From IMG/VR virus record IMGVR_UViG_3300044856_000343, positions 4,194-68,193 of that record: a DNA stretch of 64,000 nt. One strand, 5' to 3'. The translations under genes were made by a program, and so were the position numbers. Shown here piece after piece: positions 56,812-64,000 of this stretch. Source of the DNA: a virus. The notes under the pieces were generated by a model that was not told the origin of the DNA, did no database searches, and was given only the letters and a program-made list of their open reading frames with translations. Positions within the stretch are counted from its first letter, which is position 1. Every line of letters begins with the position of its first letter.

Positions 56812-57624
56812 TTAATCCTCCTTAACTTCTATCGGATGAGCATTCTCTATCTTTAATGTATGAATTGTTTCATCATAATCTTTCAAATCTTCTATCATCC
56901 ATTTTAATAAAGTTTCCACTTTATGTACTGAATCACTGTCTCTAGGTTCTTCAGTATCTCTAGTAGCATATACATAGAGAGAAGTATACTTATCCAGATT
57001 CTTTGTATACTTAAAGCAGAATTCTCCTTTTTCCTTTCTTGTTTGATTTAAAGATACTAGCTTTTTATTTAAAAGAATATGAATCTTTGCAGTTGAATTC
57101 TTTACATCTAATACAACTTCAGATTTACTCTTTCTGACAATTCTGCTGATAGAAATTAAATTATTTTCCATCAATATCTTTTGTCCTTCCATTGCTACAA
57201 TATCTAGCAACTCATATTGCCTTGTATTACCGTATTCTTTATCATATTGATTTTGATCTCCGTTTTCAAATACCAAATACCAAAAATCATATGCAAATAC
57301 ATTTTTACCTTCATAAATCTTATAAAGGCAATCTAAGGTATATATTTCCCAATGATCTTCTACTTTCTGAGAATAATCAAAACTAAACCGTTTATTCCCT
57401 ATAAAGAAATAATAAGATCTAGGATTACTACCTGCAATACTACGAGCAACAATTCTAGCAGTATTAAATTGCTTATACAATCTAACTGACCATATAGGTT
57501 TTCCTTTTGATTTTGTTGTAGATTTATGAACCACAAATTTTTCTTTTCCACTATCATCCATATATTGTATTCCAATACCATTATGGATGCCATCTAATAC
57601 TATCTCTTTTATCTCAGATACCAT
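56812..57624 (-). CDS. Hypothetical protein
   Basis: ORF track; downstream of an early-type promoter. Confidence 0.75.
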   Translation of the reverse strand: MVSEIKEIVLDGIHNGIGIQYMDDSGKEKFVVHKSTTKSKGKPIWSVRLYKQFNTARIVARSIAGSNPRSYYFFIGNKRFSFDYSQKVEDHWEIYTLDCLYKIYEGKNVFAYDFWYLVFENGDQNQYDKEYGNTRQYELLDIVAMEGQKILMENNLISISRIVRKSKSEVVLDVKNSTAKIHILLNKKLVSLNQTRKEKGEFCFKYTKNLDKYTSLYVYATRDTEEPRDSDSVHKVETLLKWMIEDLKDYDETIHTLKIENAHPIEVKED

Positions 57625-57725
57625 ATTATTGTGTCTCCATTTCTTATTATATTTGCTGGTGATTTAAGTTATACTCCTTTCGTTTATATTAAATAAATAA
57701 TCAGCAATAATTATCTATTCATCAT

Positions 57726-57740
57726 TATAGTATATAATCA
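57726..57740 (-). promoter_or_regulatory. Early-type promoter (TGATTATATACTATA)
   Basis: Identical to 1888-1902. Confidence 0.6.
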
Positions 57741-57777
57741 ATAAATTATTTTCAAATATGGAGATTTGTACAATTTC

Positions 57778-57789
57778 AACACCTATATA
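57778..57789 (+). promoter_or_regulatory. Late-type promoter AACA-N6-TA
   Basis: AACACCTATATA, 28 nt before ATG 57817. Confidence 0.65.
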
Positions 57790-57816
57790 ATTTTAAATCA
57801 TAAGGAGGTTTATAAT

Positions 57817-60800
57817 ATGATTCTAGTAGATAAAATGAAGAATTTTAAGATCTATAAGACTCAAACTTTTCTTCCTACCGTTACTGGTAATAAGAAAAAA
57901 GGTTCTGCAATCTTATTATTCACACCGAACTATGAATCATCTAAGAAGATTATGGAGAGTAATCTTTTTATCAATAAATTAAGATATTCTTCATATTACT
58001 TAGAAAGAGATATATCGTATTATATTAATGATAATACAATTGAGGAAGTTAACGAGAATGCTATATTTGCTGATCAGGTTGAATTAGATACTTATCTTGA
58101 GATGAGTTCTGCTGAGCGAAATAAATTGCCTGATGAAATGTTTGGTATTCCTTCAAAGAGAAAATATCCTCTTGATACAGAAGCTCATATAAGATCTGCA
58201 ATCAAGTTCTTTAATTATGTAGATCCAGAAGATGAAAAAGAACTTGCTGAGAATATTATCAAAGCTATGAAAAGATTTAATCTTTATGGAAAGATTAAAG
58301 TATCTTCTAAGAATCGTTTCTCTAAATATTACAGAGTAAATGTTTCTGAATCTGTAATTACAGAAAAGAAGAAAATAGCTAGAAGAAATGATGCTGGTGA
58401 ATATGTTCCAGAAACTTGTCCAGTTTGTGGAGCTGAAGTAAAATGCTATCTTAAAGGAGAACCAGTTTGGTTATGCTCTAATGAGAAATGTAATAAATAT
58501 TTTGGGGTTAAAGAATCTGCTATGTCTACAGAGAGATTTCTATCTTCAATTACAGAAGATTTTATCAATACTGGAGATAAAGTATTATTGTTTAACGAAG
58601 CTAAGAAAACTCCAAATGATTCTAGATTAAAGAAGCTTTTATATGCATCTAGAATTAAAACAAGAAAGGAATTACTTCTCATTCTTGATAAAGTAAAGAA
58701 AGATATTCCTTTTATTAAGTTTGCTTTTCCAGAGATGAAGAAATATATGAATAAAAACTTATTCGTTGATCTTTATTATTACAATGCTTTATTCTTTCAG
58801 AATAATACTTGGGTATTAAAGAAAGGATTAAGTCTTTATACAGACTTTATGACTAGATTGATTAATCATCCAAACTTAAAACAGAATGGATATAATTATA
58901 AATCTATTTTTATTCCTATAGCAGATTGGGATATTTATAGAGATGCTAGTGTTTGGAATATTAGAAAATCTATTAATCCAATTTCTTGTATTTATCAGAT
59001 GATGTTTTTAGGACAATTATCTCAATTAAAAAAGATATTTGGAAATAATAATATTATCTTTACAGCAAATGATAAATATTTTAAAGTAAACTTTTCAGAA
59101 ATAGATCCAAAGGATCTTAAGAGGTTAACTGCTAAATTTAAAATCTTTTGTATTAAGATTTGTCATGGAGAAGAATTTGATTCAGAGGATATTGATAGTT
59201 CTGCAGATAATGTAGATTCTCCTGAAGTTATTCGTGCTAAAATTGTAGATAAGATTGAAAAGGCAAAAGGTATTGATCTTACCAAGCAAGTAGAATTAGC
59301 AGCTAAAAAGAATAAAGAAAAGAAAGTTAAAAATCCTATTAATACAACTAATAGCTTAGTTACTAATACTATAGGTGCTGAACCTGAAGTTACTTTACAG
59401 AATAAAGATGTAAAGAAAGCAATTGCAGCTAATAAAGCAAAATCTGATGAAGATTATGAACCAGAAGAAGATCAAGAATCTGATGATTCTCAGAGAGATA
59501 AAGATATTGAAACTCTTGCAGCTGCTATTGCTCAAGCTTCAGATGATAATTCTAATGAAGATGATGCAGAAGATGATATGGATGATGACGAGATCAAACG
59601 TATATTAACTACATTATCTGGAGAAGATGATAAAGTTAATATTTCTGCTGCTAGAGCTGCTCGTATTAACGAACTTGATGAGAAGTTAATGAATAAAGAT
59701 GTAAAAGGGAAATCTGTAAAAGAAATTCTTGAAGACGAATCTAATAAAGAGGAGATTAAAACTACAGTAAATGTATCTTCTCCTAATACAGAAGAATGGT
59801 CTAATCTTACTTATATGAACTTCGATAAGAATTATAATGTGGATAAAGATATTATCAATATCTTTAGACATTTTTCTAAGTGCTCTAGACCTATATCTAT
59901 TAGAGATATTAAGGTTACTGATAATTCTACATCAGAAGATCGTCTTGAATTATATGATGTAGATATGGAAGACTATAGAGGAAAAAGATTTAGAATTAAG
60001 CTGGATATTCCAATTATGGAAGATAATAGATTCTTATTAAGAGGAAGCTATAAATCAGTACAAACTCAGTTCTTTAATATGCCTATTATTAAAACTGATA
60101 TTGATACTTGTCAGCTTATTTCAAACTATAAGAAGATTTTCTTAAAAAGATTTGGATCTACAAAAGGAAAGTCATTACCAATTGTAGGAAGAATTATAAA
60201 AGCTGCTAAGAAATATTCTGCAGCAAAAGGATTTACAAAGAAAATTAAATTCACTACAGGAGATAATACAAAGATTTGTACTAAGTATCAATTACCTATA
60301 GACTATATTGATATAAGTACATTATTCAATACAATTGAAACCAATGATTGGATTGTATATTTCAATCAGGATGAAATTAGAGAAAAGTATACAATAGAAG
60401 ATGGTAAAGGATTCCCATTTGCTTTTAATAAGAAGCTGAATGCAGTAGAATATTTTTCTCCAAAGATTAAAGAATCTTTTGCAAAGATGCTGTATTTGAA
60501 TCTGATTAAATGTGATGAGAAGTTTGGAGAATTCTTTGATAATGCTACAGCACCTTCTGTGTGTACCTATACTAAAGCTAGTATAGTAAATTCTAAAATA
60601 CCACTTATTATTATTTGTGCATATCATGTAGGTCTTACTGATACTATGAATAGAGCTGGTATTAAATACGAAATCATGGATAAACTTACAAAAGAGGTTC
60701 GAAATGATATTGATTTAGATTGGATAAGATTCAAAGATGGATATATTGTATATACTAATACTTATGAATCTAGTTTGTTAATGAATGGTCTTAAAGATTG

Positions 60801-62718
60801 TTCTACAGATTTATTTAGTATTGGTGATATTGATAATAAAAATATGTATCTTGAATTCTTGGATAACTTTGGTGGTAGAATCAAAGCAGATGGATTAGAT
60901 AACTTCTATGATTTATTTGTAGATCCTATGATTGAAGAATCTTTGAAATTCTATAAATTACCAACAAACTACATTGATATTTTACTTTATGGAAGTTCTT
61001 TATTAGCTGATAATAAATATATAAAGCATGTAGATACTTCTTCTCGTAAATTAAGAAGATATCAGTTAATTGCTGTATATACTTACTTAGTATTATCTAC
61101 AGCATATGGAATGTATTCTATTCAGTTGAAACATTCAAGGCAAGCAGCTGAGTTCTCAGTAAAACAATCTGCAGTTATTGATGCTTTCTTATTAGATTCA
61201 ATTACATCTGATGATTCTTGTATCAATGCATTGAGAGATGTAGAGACTACAAACTCAATTACAACAAAAGGACCTTCTGGTATGAATAATGATAGAGCTT
61301 ATTCTCTTGATAAACGTTCATATGATGATTCGATGTTGAATGTATTGGGCATGTCTACTGGATTTGCTGGTAACGTAGGTATTACTCGTCAAACTACAAT
61401 TAATCCAAATGTAACTGCAGATGGATATATTAAGAGTAGCTCTAATTCTAATACAAAAAATAATATGAATGATGCTAACTCATTAACTGCTACTGAGGCT
61501 ATGATACCATTTGGATCTACTCATGATGATCCTATGAGAACTGCTATGTCATTTATTCAGACATCTAAGCACATGGTTCGTACAGAAGATTCAGATCCTT
61601 TATTAGTAACTTCTGGTGCAGATGAAGTTATGCCATATATTACTACAGATAAATTTGCATTTAAAGCAAAAAATAAAGGAACTATCAAAGAAGTTGATGA
61701 AAATCATATTCTTGTTGAATATGAAGATGGAAAGAAAGATTTTATTTCTTTAAGAGAAACTATTGAGAAGAACTCTGATGGTGGTTATTATGTACCTTTA
61801 AAACTTGATGCTATGGAAGGTATTAAAGTTGGTATGAAGTTTAGCCAGAATCAAATTCTTGCTTATGATAAATATAGTTTTTCAAATAAATTAGGAGAAT
61901 CAAATAATCTTGCATATAATATTGGTAAACTTGCAAAAGTTGCTATATTAAATACAGATGAAGGATTTGAAGATTCTGGTATTATTTCTGCTTCTATGGC
62001 TAAGAAATTAGCTACAAGAATTGATTTGAAATATGATTCAGTAATTGAAAAAGATTCTACTATATTTAAGATTGCTAAGGTTGGAGATCATATTGAAGCT
62101 GGAGATGAATTATTAGTTTGGCAAGATGCTATCGATGATGAAGATGCAGAAGCTGTAATTAAAGGTTTAACTCAAGATGCTGATATTTCTGATCTTGGAA
62201 AAAGAAAATTAAAATCTGAAGTTACTGGTACTTTAAAAGGTATTAAGATTTATCGTACTGTAGAAGTAGATGAATTATCTGATAGCTTAAAGAAGATAGT
62301 AAATGCTTATGAAAAACCATATAAAGAAGAAGCTAAAATTCTGAAAGAAAATGGTTTGAATATTTCTAAAGTTCCAGCTCATTATGTATTACCACCTACA
62401 GGTAAACTTAAGAAAGCTGAGAATGCAATTTTCATAGAATTCTATGTAGAATACTATGATACTGTCGGTGTTGGTGATAAGATTGTTTATAACTCAGCAA
62501 ATAAAGTTGTAGAGAAAAACATCTTCCCAGAAGGAAAAGAGCCATATACAGAATTCAGACCTAATGAAATTATTGATGCTTTTGTTGCAGAAACTTCTAT
62601 TGATAAGCGTTTGGTTACTTCAACTTTCGTTTATGGAGCTTTACAAAAATTAATGGTTGAATTAGATCGATCTGTTAAAGATATTATGGGAATTCCTTAT
62701 GATGATTCTACTATTTAA
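57817..62718 (+). CDS. rpoB: Multisubunit RNAP beta subunit (virion RNAP, phiKZ gp178-like) with N-terminal inserted domains
   Basis: HDDPMRTAMSFIQTSKH, VAILNTDEGFEDS, VGVGDKI and IDAFV...KRL beta motifs; start moved to MILVDK (AAGGAGG SD). Confidence 0.88.
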   Translation: MILVDKMKNFKIYKTQTFLPTVTGNKKKGSAILLFTPNYESSKKIMESNLFINKLRYSSYYLERDISYYINDNTIEEVNENAIFADQVELDTYLEMSSAERNKLPDEMFGIPSKRKYPLDTEAHIRSAIKFFNYVDPEDEKELAENIIKAMKRFNLYGKIKVSSKNRFSKYYRVNVSESVITEKKKIARRNDAGEYVPETCPVCGAEVKCYLKGEPVWLCSNEKCNKYFGVKESAMSTERFLSSITEDFINTGDKVLLFNEAKKTPNDSRLKKLLYASRIKTRKELLLILDKVKKDIPFIKFAFPEMKKYMNKNLFVDLYYYNALFFQNNTWVLKKGLSLYTDFMTRLINHPNLKQNGYNYKSIFIPIADWDIYRDASVWNIRKSINPISCIYQMMFLGQLSQLKKIFGNNNIIFTANDKYFKVNFSEIDPKDLKRLTAKFKIFCIKICHGEEFDSEDIDSSADNVDSPEVIRAKIVDKIEKAKGIDLTKQVELAAKKNKEKKVKNPINTTNSLVTNTIGAEPEVTLQNKDVKKAIAANKAKSDEDYEPEEDQESDDSQRDKDIETLAAAIAQASDDNSNEDDAEDDMDDDEIKRILTTLSGEDDKVNISAARAARINELDEKLMNKDVKGKSVKEILEDESNKEEIKTTVNVSSPNTEEWSNLTYMNFDKNYNVDKDIINIFRHFSKCSRPISIRDIKVTDNSTSEDRLELYDVDMEDYRGKRFRIKLDIPIMEDNRFLLRGSYKSVQTQFFNMPIIKTDIDTCQLISNYKKIFLKRFGSTKGKSLPIVGRIIKAAKKYSAAKGFTKKIKFTTGDNTKICTKYQLPIDYIDISTLFNTIETNDWIVYFNQDEIREKYTIEDGKGFPFAFNKKLNAVEYFSPKIKESFAKMLYLNLIKCDEKFGEFFDNATAPSVCTYTKASIVNSKIPLIIICAYHVGLTDTMNRAGIKYEIMDKLTKEVRNDIDLDWIRFKDGYIVYTNTYESSLLMNGLKDCSTDLFSIGDIDNKNMYLEFLDNFGGRIKADGLDNFYDLFVDPMIEESLKFYKLPTNYIDILLYGSSLLADNKYIKHVDTSSRKLRRYQLIAVYTYLVLSTAYGMYSIQLKHSRQAAEFSVKQSAVIDAFLLDSITSDDSCINALRDVETTNSITTKGPSGMNNDRAYSLDKRSYDDSMLNVLGMSTGFAGNVGITRQTTINPNVTADGYIKSSSNSNTKNNMNDANSLTATEAMIPFGSTHDDPMRTAMSFIQTSKHMVRTEDSDPLLVTSGADEVMPYITTDKFAFKAKNKGTIKEVDENHILVEYEDGKKDFISLRETIEKNSDGGYYVPLKLDAMEGIKVGMKFSQNQILAYDKYSFSNKLGESNNLAYNIGKLAKVAILNTDEGFEDSGIISASMAKKLATRIDLKYDSVIEKDSTIFKIAKVGDHIEAGDELLVWQDAIDDEDAEAVIKGLTQDADISDLGKRKLKSEVTGTLKGIKIYRTVEVDELSDSLKKIVNAYEKPYKEEAKILKENGLNISKVPAHYVLPPTGKLKKAENAIFIEFYVEYYDTVGVGDKIVYNSANKVVEKNIFPEGKEPYTEFRPNEIIDAFVAETSIDKRLVTSTFVYGALQKLMVELDRSVKDIMGIPYDDSTI

Positions 62719-62732
62719 GAAAAAATAAACAT

Positions 62733-62760
62733 GAGCCCTAGGTATAATCACCTAGGGCTC
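62733..62760. terminator. Bidirectional terminator
   Basis: GAGCCCTAGGT-ATAATC-ACCTAGGGCTC. Confidence 0.85.
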
Positions 62761-62766
62761 TTTTGT

Positions 62767-63090
62767 TTATCTTAATTCGGATGTATCTGTATCAGATGCA
62801 TCTCTGTTTGATGATGCATCTGATGAATTATCTTCTGATCCATTATAATTGTTCATAATGGATATTGTTGCTACCGATACGCCTGTATCGATAACAGCTG
62901 AAGATAAGCACGAAGCAACTATTGTAAACCTCTGCTTCTTTTTCTTAAGTTCAGCAACCTGATCCTTATCACTAGGATCAGGTGCTGTATATTTTTTATC
63001 AGCATACTTGCTGATTCCAAAACCAGCAAGCAATGAGCCGAAACCTGATACGGCAGCTCCAGCTACCGCTAAAATTATATCTTTATTCAT
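62767..63090 (-). CDS. Small membrane protein
   Basis: Two hydrophobic segments. Confidence 0.75.
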   Translation of the reverse strand: MNKDIILAVAGAAVSGFGSLLAGFGISKYADKKYTAPDPSDKDQVAELKKKKQRFTIVASCLSSAVIDTGVSVATISIMNNYNGSEDNSSDASSNRDASDTDTSELR

Positions 63091-63380
63091 GAGTTCTCCT
63101 TTCCTGTCGATTCAACATCGACATCAACGGTTTTATTATTATCAACAGTAGCTGTAGGATCTACATCTACTGTTTCAGCCTGAACATGTTCAGGTTCTGA
63201 TTCTGTGGTTTCTGATGTAGAAGAATCTTCTGATTCAACTGCCTTCTCTACATCTTCACATGTATCATCATCAGATGATACATATTTCTTCTCATCTTTT
63301 TTAGATGAGAAATATCCATATACTAAGCTTGCTGCTAATCCTGCAGCAAAGCTCACTCCAAAAATTTTTGCGTTACTCAT
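63087..63380 (-). CDS. Small membrane-anchored acidic protein
   Basis: N-terminal hydrophobic helix, acidic tail. Confidence 0.75.
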   Translation of the reverse strand: MSNAKIFGVSFAAGLAASLVYGYFSSKKDEKKYVSSDDDTCEDVEKAVESEDSSTSETTESEPEHVQAETVDVDPTATVDNNKTVDVDVESTGKENS

Positions 63381-63396
63381 TTCATTTTCCTCCTTT

Positions 63397-63705
63397 TTAA
63401 TTTGAGTTATTTATAGCTGTTTCTGCCAGCTTAAATAATCCAGCTCCTGCAACAACAAACAAAGTCTTTACTATCATAGACTTTGTTTTGCCTTTGTTTA
63501 TAGATGCTAACATATCGGCATCTTGCTCCTCTTTGGAGCTAAAACTTTTCTCATTAGAAGATTCTATCTCCTTAGAGATAATCTTCTCTGCTGCAACAGA
63601 AGATGCTAAATTGCTTGCAAATCCTGTTACTAACTTTGCACCCATCTTAGAGGCTGTTTTTTGTCCAGCTGACATTGATGCTTCTAGTATGATGTTTTCC
63701 AACAT
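63397..63705 (-). CDS. Small membrane-associated protein
   Basis: Ala/Gly-rich amphipathic segments; AAGGAGG SD. Confidence 0.75.
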   Translation of the reverse strand: MLENIILEASMSAGQKTASKMGAKLVTGFASNLASSVAAEKIISKEIESSNEKSFSSKEEQDADMLASINKGKTKSMIVKTLFVVAGAGLFKLAETAINNSN

Positions 63706-63747
63706 ATTATTTTCCTCCTTTTTTATGCTTTGATTAATTACTGGATC

Positions 63748-63927
63748 TTAGATATTTCCACTTTCAATATTTGAACATAAACGTTCAAATATTGCATCAG
63801 CCTTCTCTAAGCTGATGTGTGGCTTCCTTGTAGCCACTGATACTTCTGTATCAACTTCTGGAGCAAATTTTTCATTTGCTCTTACCTCTTTGATTTCTTT
63901 GTGCGATACTTCTTTGAAAAATGACAT
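63748..63927 (-). CDS. Small hypothetical protein (59 aa)
   Basis: Hand-translated MSFFKEVSHKEIKEVRANEK...SGNI*; AGGAGG SD. Confidence 0.7.
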   Translation of the reverse strand: MSFFKEVSHKEIKEVRANEKFAPEVDTEVSVATRKPHISLEKADAIFERLCSNIESGNI

Positions 63928-64000
63928 AATGTTGTCCTCCTGTATTATAATATAAATTGATAAGTAATAGTGAATATCAGATATATCTATCTTCTATTCA

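Noticed and set aside
1-64000. tRNA/rRNA genes, CRISPR arrays, integrase/transposase, reverse transcriptase/DGR, stop-codon recoding, chimallin or PhuZ
   Set aside because: None recognised by eye. Long ORFs translate cleanly in code 11. Absence from this window says nothing about the rest of the genome.

Overview
This window is a 64 kb segment of an AT-rich jumbo phage genome of the phiKZ/AR9(PBS1)-like lineage. The host is very likely Gram-positive (Bacillota), judging from strong AAGGAGG Shine-Dalgarno (SD) sites, cell-wall hydrolases and Clostridia-type Ig-like repeats. It encodes two subunits of a phage multisubunit RNA polymerase: a beta' N-half with the DYDGD motif and a 1633-aa beta. 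It also encodes an AR9 gp226-like sigma-like specificity subunit, a GroEL-like chaperonin, a T4-type primase, RusA, Nudix and HD hydrolases and a Tad2-like (DUF2829) protein. Structural genes include baseplate proteins (gp25-, gp26-, gp6-, gp48/54-like), a 3047-aa tape-measure-like protein with three hydrolase domains, a GH25 lysin, and a block of probable head-internal proteins. Two promoter classes can be read from the sequence: late-type NAC(A/T)-N6-TA about 30 nt upstream of structural genes, and early-type ATATA(T/C)TATA. The strongest unexplained signals are two candidate programmed -1 frameshifts that the ORF track misses, at C_CCU_UUU (6276-6282) and G_GUU_UUU (19798-19804). Also notable are a 778/957-aa polyprotein-like protein built of five basic/hydrophobic peptide modules separated by acidic spacers with protease-like sites, a start-less tail-fibre tip cassette, a 3-codon minigene upstream of the Tad2-like gene, and passenger domains inside the virion RNAP beta subunit. 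All family assignments come from motif recognition and memory; no database search was run.
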